Positions 46,264 to 54,066 of a DNA stretch of 64,000 nt are shown here, piece by piece; the first letter of the stretch is position 1, and each line of letters starts with the position of its first letter. The position numbers were made by a program, and so were the translations under genes. The notes under the pieces were generated by a model, which ran no database searches, was not told where the DNA came from, and saw only the letters and a program-made list of their open reading frames with translations. Location: the NCBI GenBank assembly GCA_963715875.1, contig OY970281.1, forward strand, positions 1,135,946-1,199,945, in the 5' to 3' direction. The stretch is from an uncultured Acidobacteriaceae bacterium. GTDB lineage: Bacteria; Acidobacteriota; Terriglobia; Terriglobales; Acidobacteriaceae.

Positions 46264-47692
46264 CTACTTCCCCACCACAAACTGCGGATTGCTCTTCAAC
46301 GTTCCCGACGGAGTTACCACAGACACCACGCCGGTCTTCGCACCCGCCGGAACCGTCGCCTTGATGTAGGTATCGGATTCCACCGTGAACGCCGCCGGCA
46401 CGCCGTTGAAACGTGACGCTGCTCGATCCCGTCAGGCCGTTGCCCAGAATATTCACACTGGTTCCCGCCGTGCCTCTCAGCGGCACAGTTCGCACCAGCG
46501 GCCCGAGGTTATTATTGAACCTGTATTCGGCGCCGTTCGAATTGATCACGTAGTATTCGAGCCCACCGTAGAAATTTCCGTCAGGAGCCTGATACAGCCC
46601 GGTATAGGGAACCGTGCCCCCGCCATAAGTGAAATTGTGCAGCGTCGTATACGCGCCCGCCGGAGTGATCTGATAAATCGTTCCGTAACCGTTGATCCCC
46701 TCCGTTGTCCCATACAAATTCCCGTCACTGCCCAGCGTCAACGTGTTCGGAGCCGTGCCCGCTCCGTACGTGAAACTGTGCAGCAGCTTGAATTGTTGCT
46801 TCGACGTGATCTCGAATGCCGTGCCCTCGCCCGCGCTTCCTCCGAAGTACGTCGTCCCAAAAAGATTTCCAGCCGCATCCTGCACCACTCCCCTCGGGTC
46901 ATACCCTCTGGGACACGGGCCGTTCGAACAAAAGAAGGTGTGCACCACGTTGAACGTTCCCGCAGGACTCAGCGAATACACCACGCCGCCTCCGTGCGTT
47001 CCTCCTCCGCCTGTGGTGCCAATCAAACTTCCGTCGAGGCCCTGGATCGGCGGGGAACTTGGTCCGTTGCCATCCGCACAATTGGCCAGAGAACAAAAGT
47101 TGTGCACCACCGAAAACTCGCCCGCCGGAGTGATCTTGAAAAGATTGCCCGCGCCGAACGCACCGCCCAGGATCGTGGTTCCATAAAAGTTGCCATCGCT
47201 GGCCTGCATGAGCCCAGCCGGGTTGCCGCCGTCGATGACGCAACTGGAAACACAGAACGTGTAGAGAGTGGTCAACTGCCCGTCCAGCGTCAACTTGTAA
47301 ACCGTTCCCCAGCCCGCTCCATTATTCAAATCGGAGCCCCCGCCCCACGTCACGCCGTAGAGATTTCCATCCGTGCCCAGGATGGGAGGTGTCTCCGGAA
47401 GTTGTCCATCGGGACAGTGCGGTTGTGAGCAGAAGGTGTAGATCGAGCTGATCTCTCCGCTGGGCGTAATTCTCACCACGTTCCCAACCGAGCCGTCACC
47501 CTCGCCCGCGCCGGCCGTTGTGGTATAAAAATTTCCGTCCGTCGCCTGGATCACCGCACTCGGTGCGGCCCCGTCGATACCGTTGAAGATCGCGAGATAG
47601 GACAAGCTCTGTCCATGCGCGCCCACCGCCAGACTAAAAGTGATGGCCGCGCACGCCAGCGCAAAGCCCAAGCTGATTCTTGAATTTTTCAT
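46264..47692 (-). pseudogene. GloVer-repeat paralogue 7, frameshifted in its IPT/TIG tail
   Basis: The leader is MKNSRISLGFALACAAITFSLAVGAHGQ (ATG 47692). The track frame reads ...SSVTFQRRAGGVHGG... to a stop at 46247. Removing one base of the AAA run at 46409-46411 restores FNGVPAAFTVESDTYIKATVPAGAKTGVVSVVTPSGTLKSNPQFVVGK plus a TAG at 46264-46266. Paralogues read GTTGAACGTGAC where this copy reads GTTGAAACGTGAC. Confidence 0.7.
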
Positions 47693-47768
47693 TGCCCCCC
47701 CAAGATTCCCCAGAAGAAATAGAAATAAACTAATTTGAAGTCCCCAAAACTGCGCTTGCCCCGAATTC

Positions 47769-47978
47769 CCCACAACTGAGGCTGCCCCACCCTTGCCGCG
47801 TTCCCATAGCCAGGCGCGCCCGCACCCAGCATTCGCGGCAAGTGCCTGCCCTGAGCGGAGCCGAAGGGGTGGGTTTCCACAAAATGCCGACAGCTCGTCA
47901 CCACAACCGAGGCTGCCCCATCCTTGCCGCGTTCCCATAGCCAGGCGCGCCCGCACCCAGCATTCGCGGCAAGGGTGG
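47769..47978 (+). repeat. Family H: two tandem ~75-nt units with 132-bp period; unit 1 carries a nested module
   Basis: CCACAAC(T/C)GAGGCTGCCCCA(C/T)CCTTGCCGCGTTCCCATAGCCAGGCGCGCCCGCACCCAGCATTCGCGGCAAG occurs at 47769 and 47901. In unit 2 the arm CCTTGCCGCG pairs with CGCGGCAAGG. In unit 1 TGCCTGCCCTGAGCGGAGCCGAAGG is inserted after CGGCAAG. Confidence 0.8.
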
Positions 47979-48018
47979 GATACTACGAACGTCGAAAGCT
48001 CATCACCACCGCGATCCC

Positions 48019-49215
48019 CTACGGCCCAAAAACATAAGCCACGCCATTGCCCGGCGCTCCGGCCGCCATCACTGAACCGCTTATCGCAACCGGGGATCCC
48101 CATTCCCCCCCGCTCACAGTCGCGTCTGAAGTTGCCAGCATACTTTTCCAGCCAGTTGCTGGCTCGTTGTAGACGTAAGCGGTGCCGTTCGTAGGAGTAG
48201 TCACCGAGGCGACGGCGATCTTCGTCGGCGCAACCGCAACTCCGAACCCAAAGTAATCGCCGACAGCCAGACCGGATGCCGACAGTTCCCCCGTCTGCGT
48301 CATATTCTTCCAGCCCGATGCCGGTTCCACGAAAACGTACGCGAGGCCGGTGTCGTTGTTTCTCTTTGGCGCGCCGGCCACGATGGTATTTCCGTTGATC
48401 GCCACCGCCACGCCCAAGCCATCCTGCGCTCTGCCGTCGGAAGCTGTCAGTTTCGCCTTTTGACTGTGCGATCCACCCCAACCCGCTGCCGGTTTGGTAA
48501 ACACGTAGACCGCGCCCAGATTGTCGTTGTTATACGCACCCGCGACAATCGTCGATCCGCTCACAGACAGGGACGCGCCAAAATAGTCGTAGTCCGTCGT
48601 ATCGCTCGCAATAATGCTTCCCGTCGGAAGGGAACTCACCCATCCTCCGGCCGGCTCCGTAAATATCTGCACCCGTCCACGGTAGGTGTAAGTTTTTGGC
48701 TCGCTCACCGCAATGGTCGTTCCGTCAATCGCCACAGTCTCGCCAAACAGCGTTGCTACTCCGTTGGTGTTGCTGAGCACCGCCGTCTCCGTCGCGTTCT
48801 GCCATCCGCCCGCCGGCTCGGTAAAAACATAGGCGGCATTGTTGCCGTAAGATCCCACGACAATGGTGTTGCCGCTGATGCCTACAGAAAGCCCGAAATC
48901 GAGGAACGTAAAGCCGTCGGAGGGAGTGAGTTCGGCCGTCTCTGTCATGTTTGCCCAGCCGCTCGCGGGCTTCACATAAACGTACACAGCGCCGAAATTG
49001 CCGTGCGCCTCCGGGGCGCCTACCACAATGGTGTTCCCGCTCATCGCGATGGCCACGCCAAAGCCGTCTGGATATCCATCGTTGTCCGACTCTGAGAGTT
49101 GGGCCAGCTGATTCAGACTGCTGGGGCCTTTCTTCTGTGCCTGAGCGCGCGCCGCCAGGCTAAAGGTGAAAGCGCACGCCAGCGCCAGGCCAAGACTGAA
49201 TTTCAAACTCTTCAT
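48019..49215 (-). CDS. FG-GAP-repeat (integrin-alpha-like) seven-bladed beta-propeller, secreted
   Basis: Seven units of the type FG.SVAISGNTIVVGAP....GAVYVF..PA.GW are present. The leader MKSLKFSLGLALACAFTFSLAARAQAQ is homologous to the GloVer leaders. A GGAGGA RBS precedes ATG 49215. Confidence 0.85.
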   Translation of the reverse strand: MKSLKFSLGLALACAFTFSLAARAQAQKKGPSSLNQLAQLSESDNDGYPDGFGVAIAMSGNTIVVGAPEAHGNFGAVYVYVKPASGWANMTETAELTPSDGFTFLDFGLSVGISGNTIVVGSYGNNAAYVFTEPAGGWQNATETAVLSNTNGVATLFGETVAIDGTTIAVSEPKTYTYRGRVQIFTEPAGGWVSSLPTGSIIASDTTDYDYFGASLSVSGSTIVAGAYNNDNLGAVYVFTKPAAGWGGSHSQKAKLTASDGRAQDGLGVAVAINGNTIVAGAPKRNNDTGLAYVFVEPASGWKNMTQTGELSASGLAVGDYFGFGVAVAPTKIAVASVTTPTNGTAYVYNEPATGWKSMLATSDATVSGGEWGSPVAISGSVMAAGAPGNGVAYVFGP

Positions 49216-49450
49216 AGAAATATCCTCCACAAACGCCCCTCAAAAGGGGGCATCGGTCAATGGGAAAGGCCGCGGAATCCGTGCAGATTCCCGTGTGCGA
49301 ACGCACACAGATTGGGGGGAGGGGCGATGCTTTGCTCCAAACCATAGCACAAATAACCCCCCTAAAACAGCCAGATTCGCGGCGAAAAGCCCGTTTTGCA
49401 AGAAGTTCAGCACTGTGCAAATTCCTTCATCTTTTACAGTCAGTTCCGCA

Positions 49451-49525
49451 GTTGTCATCCCGAAACGCGGCGTACTTCAGCCGCGTGAGGAGCCTGCCCT
49501 GAGGCGAATGCCGAAGGGATCTCCC
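49451..49525 (+). repeat. Family A-like repeat, copy 9 (with nested module)
   Basis: GTTGTCATCCCGAAACGCGGCGTACTTCAGCCGCGTGAGG[AGCCTGCCCTGAGGCGAATGCCGAAGG]GATCTCCC. Confidence 0.55.
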
Positions 49526-49573
49526 CCAGATATGGCCAGCGGGAGATCCAGTCAGTCCTGCAACCCACACTCT

Positions 49574-49978
49574 TCAAGCCCGTCCAGCCGCCCCCGAATG
49601 CACCAGATGCAAACCCCGAAACCTCACCCTAGCCGACCGCCGCTGCAGTCGGATGGCCTCTGCCTGGGGCAACAGCCTCACCAACTCGGCATCGATCCGG
49701 CATAGCGACCGAATCCTCAGTTCCCGCGAAAACGCCAGCGAAGGGTTGATGGCCAGCCGCGGCGCCTTCTGCTCGGGCCTGTGCCACAGCGCCACCAACG
49801 CCACCAGCGCCTCCGGGCCCAGCGACTTCACTTTCGAGAAATCCAGAACCACATTGACCTCGGGGAACTTTGTGTTGATCTCGGCCCACAGCGCATTCAC
49901 ATCTTCTTTACTCGTCATCGGGCCCTGGCAAAACACCACGGCGGGGTCCGCCACATTGAGCAAACTTGTGCGTTCCAT
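49574..49978 (-). CDS. STAS-like domain protein (possible anti-sigma-factor antagonist)
   Basis: VVFCQGPMTSKEDVNALWAEIN...VNVVLDFSKVKSLGPEALVALVAL fits the STAS pattern only loosely. Confidence 0.4.
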   Translation of the reverse strand: MERTSLLNVADPAVVFCQGPMTSKEDVNALWAEINTKFPEVNVVLDFSKVKSLGPEALVALVALWHRPEQKAPRLAINPSLAFSRELRIRSLCRIDAELVRLLPQAEAIRLQRRSARVRFRGLHLVHSGAAGRA

Positions 49979-50283
49979 GGATACACCTCCTGGGATGATC
50001 CTGTTTCCGACGCTCTCTGCGCCGATTTCATGTATTTTTCAGCGTGTGAGGCCAGGCTTTACGAACCAGGCGGGGGAATCTCGCCAAAGAACTTTGCGCC
50101 AACTCCCTCCAACCCACAAGCGACTGGATGCGCCTGTCGCACAATGTCGCCTTATGTCGCACTTCCTCCCCGGCCCCACCCCCTTCGCTGTGGTTTGAAA
50201 CCGCGCCGAAAACCGTTTACACTCGCTTGGCGGCGTGCGCGGGGGCGGTACACACTCACTGGCGGAGCCCTGCACGATGTCCA

Positions 50284-51975
50284 ATGACCACGGGGGATCA
50301 CAAGACGAAATCCATAGTCGAGCCCTTCAGCCTCGCTGATCGTCTCGACTATTGGCAGGAGATCGCAAAATATCTCGGCCGCGAGGTGCGTACCGTCCAG
50401 CGCTGGGAGCGAGACAAATCCCTGCCCGTTCGCCGCCTCACCGGCAACGGCGAAGACAATCAGCCCAGAGTTTTCGCCTACAGATCAGAAATCGATGCCT
50501 GGGTCGCCCTTCATTCCGCCCACGGCGCACTTCCGTCCCTCGGCCTCGCCGAACTCAGAGATAGAGATAAAGATAAAGATAAAGAACCGTCCGTCCTCCG
50601 CATCGCCGTTTTGCCGCTCGAGAACAGCGGAGGCAATCCCGACACCGAATTCCTCAGCGACGGCGTCAGCGACAGCCTCATTACCCGCCTCTCCCAGTTA
50701 TCGATTCTCCGCGTCATCTCCCGCACCTCTGCCTTCCGCTACAAGGAACAAGCCATCGATCCCGGCGCAGTCGGAAGGGAACTGGAAGTCGACGCCGTCC
50801 TCGCTGGCCGCATGGTCACTCGCGGCAACGCTCTTTCCATCAGCCTCGAACTCATTGACGTCCGCGACAACAGCATCATGTGGGCCGGCCGCTATAACCG
50901 CGGCATCAACGATCTCGTCACCGTCGAGGACGAGATCTCCCAGAGCGTTGCCGAGAAACTTGAAGTCAAGCTCACCGGAGGCGCTCATACCCTCCTGCCC
51001 AAACGCACCCACCAGAACCCCGAGGCCTACCAGCTTTATTTGAAGGGCCGCTACTACTGGAACAAGCGCACCGGCGACGCCGTCAAGAAAGGACTCGACT
51101 ACTTCAACCAGGCCATCGAGCTCGATCCCGTCTACGGCCTCGCCTACGCCGGAATCGCCGACTCCTACGCGATGATGGTTTTCAATATCACCATTTCACC
51201 GCGCGATGGTCTGCTCAAAGCGCGCGCAGCAGCCACCAGGGCTTTGGAACTCGATGAGCGTCTGGCCGAAGCTCGCTCCTCCGTCGCCTTCGTCAAAATG
51301 TTTTATGACTGGGACTGGGCTGGCGCGGAACTCGAATTTCATCGCACCTTCGATCTCAATCCCAACTACTCCATCGCCCGCCAGTGGTACGCCATGGAAT
51401 TAGCCGCTCTCGGTCGCCACGAGGAAGCCGTGCGCGAAACCGAGCGCGGCCTGCGCATCGATCCTCTCTCCTTGTCCATCAACGCCACCTCCGGCCTGCT
51501 CTTCTACTTCGTCCGCCAGTACGACGAAGCTCTGGAGCAGGGCCTCGCCACCGTCAACATGGACCCCAATTTCTTTGCCTCGCATTTCGTAGCAGCCCTC
51601 GCCCTCGAACAGAAAGGCCAACTCGAGAAAGCCATCCCAGAGTTCAAGGCGAGTGTCGATCTTTCCGGCCGATGGCCGCTGTTCCTGGCTGCTTACGGAC
51701 ATGCCTGCGCTGTCGCCGGCGACCAGGAAGAAGCCATGAAGGTAGTCGCCGAACTGCGCGACACCTCTGTGCGCAAGTACGTGTCATCTTTCGCCGTAGC
51801 CGCCGTCTACGCCGGCTCCGGCGAAAAAGATCTCACCCTCGACTGGCTCGAGAAAGCCTACGAAGAGCGCGGAACCTGGATGATCTTCCTCAACGTCCAC
51901 CCCTACTTCGATTTCCTCCGCACCGAACCCCGCTTCCAAAATCTCCTAACCAGAATGGGCCTCCCCGCCCGCTAA
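50284..51975 (+). CDS. Regulator with N-terminal excisionase/MerR-like HTH, central TolB-N/CsgG-like module and C-terminal TPR repeats
   Basis: YWQEIAKYLGREVRTVQRWERDKSLPVRR is the HTH. RIAVLPLENSGGNPDTEFLSDGVSDSLITRLSQ is the central module. TPR-like NPEAYQLYLKGRYYW... runs through the C-terminus. The start is MTTGD (ATG 50284). Confidence 0.7.
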   Translation: MTTGDHKTKSIVEPFSLADRLDYWQEIAKYLGREVRTVQRWERDKSLPVRRLTGNGEDNQPRVFAYRSEIDAWVALHSAHGALPSLGLAELRDRDKDKDKEPSVLRIAVLPLENSGGNPDTEFLSDGVSDSLITRLSQLSILRVISRTSAFRYKEQAIDPGAVGRELEVDAVLAGRMVTRGNALSISLELIDVRDNSIMWAGRYNRGINDLVTVEDEISQSVAEKLEVKLTGGAHTLLPKRTHQNPEAYQLYLKGRYYWNKRTGDAVKKGLDYFNQAIELDPVYGLAYAGIADSYAMMVFNITISPRDGLLKARAAATRALELDERLAEARSSVAFVKMFYDWDWAGAELEFHRTFDLNPNYSIARQWYAMELAALGRHEEAVRETERGLRIDPLSLSINATSGLLFYFVRQYDEALEQGLATVNMDPNFFASHFVAALALEQKGQLEKAIPEFKASVDLSGRWPLFLAAYGHACAVAGDQEEAMKVVAELRDTSVRKYVSSFAVAAVYAGSGEKDLTLDWLEKAYEERGTWMIFLNVHPYFDFLRTEPRFQNLLTRMGLPAR

Positions 51976-52002
51976 CATTTCTGTCATCCAGACGTTGCCA
52001 GG

Positions 52003-52123
52003 GATTTTCAACCCGAGGTGTGCCCAGTCCCAGCCGCGAAGCGGCGAAAGAATGCAGCCCACCGCGTAAGCGGTGGGTCGGCCCAGCCGACAACGGAACC
52101 AGAGCCCCGAAGGGGCGAAAGAC
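52003..52123 (+). repeat. Family B repeat, copy 3 (with 5' extension GGGATTTTCAACCCGAGGTGTGCCCAGTCCC)
   Basis: The extension is shared with copy 4. The core runs 52032-52123. Confidence 0.8.
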
Positions 52124-52244
52124 AGCCTCGCAGACTCGACCATCCCGCTAAAACGCCGTGCAAAGTGACCCTCATCACATCCCTTCCCCAAGCGCGGCTT
52201 CACACTATACGAAATTTCCGGCGGGCTGAAGGGACGTCAGTAGG

Positions 52245-52580
52245 ATGGACTCGTGGAGTTACGAGCGAGGGGAACGTTGCAAGTTAGCACACGATCTTAA
52301 AAACCACTTGACGGTGATCCTCGGAGCCGTCGAACTCTTGCAGGAAGAGCCGCAAGTTGGGCCTGAATGCGCGAAACGCCTCAAACAAATTGGCGAGGCA
52401 GCCCGGCGCATGGCCGAAGATCTCAGACGCAGGCCATGCCAGTTCGACCCGAATCTGAGAAAACCCGTCACCAGTGCGCTGCCGCCAGCCTGGGGAAATC
52501 CCGTCATGAGTCCGCCGCTTGCAGGCGAGTCCGCATGCCCGGGGCTCCCGAATCCGGCTGTGCAGAATGCTGCGAAATGA
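52245..52580 (+). CDS. Stand-alone HisKA (DHp) domain protein or histidine-kinase remnant
   Basis: LAHDLKNHLTVILGAVELLQEE matches the H-box of HisKA. No HATPase_c domain follows, and the C-terminus is Pro-rich and low-complexity. Confidence 0.4.
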   Translation: MDSWSYERGERCKLAHDLKNHLTVILGAVELLQEEPQVGPECAKRLKQIGEAARRMAEDLRRRPCQFDPNLRKPVTSALPPAWGNPVMSPPLAGESACPGLPNPAVQNAAK

Positions 52581-52780
52581 GCCGGGCGTCCGTAGCAGGT
52601 GCATTTCGGATCTCTTGGCGGGATGCTACCTTGAAAGAAGTCAAAGCGCGGAGCGTCGGCCGATAAAAAATACGTTTTAGAAACCACCAGCAAGCCACCA
52701 AGAATCTGCAGACCTTTCGCTCCCCGCTCCCAAATCCACGCGCCTGAAATTCCCGCCAGAAAAAATGCTATAACGTTCAA

Positions 52781-53263
52781 ATGAAAATCCTCGTCCTCCT
52801 CTTCACCTTGGTCGCCGCATCCCCGCTTCTCGCACAAACCGATTCCCCGAAAGGATCACCCATGCTCCACGCCACCGGCCCATTCGAAGTAAAGATCACC
52901 CCGCAAACTCCCGACGGCAAATTCGAAGACGCCACCATGGGACGCCTCACCATCGACAAACAATTTCACGGCGACCTCGAAGCCACCAGCAAAGGCACAA
53001 TGCTCACCGGCATGACCGACACCAAAGGCTCCGCCGGATACGTCGCCATCGAGCGTGTCACCGGCACCCTGAAAGGCCGCGCCGGAACATTCATCCTCCA
53101 GCACTCCGCCACCATGACACGCGGCGTCCCCCAACTCTCCGTCACCGTAGTCCCCGACTCCGGCACCGGACAACTCACCGGCCTCACCGGCAAAATGACC
53201 ATCAACATCGCCGACGGCAAACACTCCTACGATTTCGACTACACCCTACCCCCAGCCCAATGA
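52781..53263 (+). CDS. DUF3224 domain protein (secreted)
   Basis: The signal peptide is MKILVLLFTLVAASPLLAQ. The FEVKITPQ...GDLEATSKGTML...GYVAIERVTGTLKGRAGTFILQHS pattern matches DUF3224. Confidence 0.75.
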   Translation: MKILVLLFTLVAASPLLAQTDSPKGSPMLHATGPFEVKITPQTPDGKFEDATMGRLTIDKQFHGDLEATSKGTMLTGMTDTKGSAGYVAIERVTGTLKGRAGTFILQHSATMTRGVPQLSVTVVPDSGTGQLTGLTGKMTINIADGKHSYDFDYTLPPAQ

Positions 53264-53348
53264 GAAGAGGCCTCCTAATTAAGGACAGAAAAAAATGAAG
53301 ATAGAAAATAGAAATAAAGATAAAAGATGGGAAATAGAGGACCATGTG

Positions 53349-53371
53349 GGGACAGCCGCCCTCGGCTGTCC
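53349..53371. repeat. Family C hairpin, copy 3
   Basis: GGGACAGCCGCCCTCGGCTGTCC. Confidence 0.75.
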
Positions 53372-53387
53372 TACCGCGAACAACAGC

Positions 53388-53418
53388 TTTACCCTGTGCC
53401 CCCTGTGGTAAAGGTTTT
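53388..53418 (+). repeat. Family D repeat, copy 7
   Basis: TTTACCCTGTGCCCCCTGTGGTAAAGGTTTT. Confidence 0.7.
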
Positions 53419-53430
53419 AGAGGACTACCC

Positions 53431-53817
53431 ATGACCGACTGGTTCGCCCGCCCCATCCTGCACGTAACCGACGCCGAAGCCTCTCTCCGCTTCTACGTGG
53501 ACCGCCTCGGCTTCACCAGCCCCTGGCGCTACGACGAAAATGGCAAGCTGCACATCACCCAAGTCGATCGCCAAGGCTGCGCTCTGATCCTGGCCGACAC
53601 TTGGCCCGAGAAGGCCGGCAAAGCGGTGATGTTCATCTCCCTGAACGTTGAACCACCTACTCCCCAAGCCGCAACCGCCGCATTAGACGCCCTCCGCGCC
53701 GAACTCGAATCCAAAGGCGTCCCCGTAAAAGAAGGTTCCTGGGGCTACCGCCTCCTAGTAGTAGAAGATCCCGACGGCAATCAACTCCTCTTCAACTATC
53801 CCAAAGAAACCGCATGA
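53431..53817 (+). CDS. VOC (glyoxalase/bleomycin-resistance) family protein
   Basis: ILHVTDAEASLRFYVDRLGF...LLVVEDPDGNQLLF is diagnostic. The start is MTDWFARP; the longer track ORF begins inside a repeat. Confidence 0.8.
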   Translation: MTDWFARPILHVTDAEASLRFYVDRLGFTSPWRYDENGKLHITQVDRQGCALILADTWPEKAGKAVMFISLNVEPPTPQAATAALDALRAELESKGVPVKEGSWGYRLLVVEDPDGNQLLFNYPKETA

Positions 53818-53867
53818 AAAATTCGCGGCGCCCTAAAATTCGCGCTGAGCATCATCCCGTAAAACTA

Positions 53868-53975
53868 TCGTCCTGAGCGCAGCCGGGACCGACTGAACGT
53901 TCCTTAAGCTCTGTCATTCTGAGCGCAGCCCGGACGACCGTAGGGAGTCCCGGCTGAGTCGAAGAATCCCTACCC
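53868..53975 (+). repeat. Family A repeats, copy 10 (a partial unit followed by a full unit)
   Basis: TCGTCCTGAGCGCAGCCGGGACCGACTGAACG... is followed by CTCTGTCATTCTGAGCGCAGCCCGGACGACCGTAGGGAGTCCCGGCTGAGTCGAAGAATCCCTACCC. Confidence 0.75.
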
Positions 53976-54052
53976 GCACCACGGCCCCGTCCCCTCTTAG
54001 GCTTTACCCGCCCCAAACAAGCACATGTGGGGACAGCCGCCCCCGGCTGTCC
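53976..54052. repeat. Family C repeat with leader, copy 4
   Basis: ...CACGGCCCCGTCCCCTCTTAGGCTTTACCCGCCCCAAACAAGCACATGTGGGGACAGCCGCCCCCGGCTGTCC is followed by GGTTTTTG. Confidence 0.75.
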
Positions 54053-54066
54053 GGTTTTTGCGACCC

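Noticed and set aside
37044-47692. Diversity-generating retroelement or cassette-switching (shufflon/pilin-like) mechanism for the GloVer array
   Set aside because: There is no reverse transcriptase, no template/variable repeat pair with adenine-specific differences, no recombinase or invertible-segment inverted repeats, and every copy has its own start and RBS.
47693-48481. N-terminal 260-aa extension of track ORF 46247..48481
   Set aside because: It overlaps the FG-GAP gene in another frame and runs through family H repeats. The paralogue-consistent leader with an RBS starts at 47692.
52259-52837. 192-aa minus-strand ORF
   Set aside because: It is antisense to the HisKA-like ORF and to the start of the DUF3224 gene. 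Its composition is odd, and it begins inside the DUF3224 signal-peptide region.
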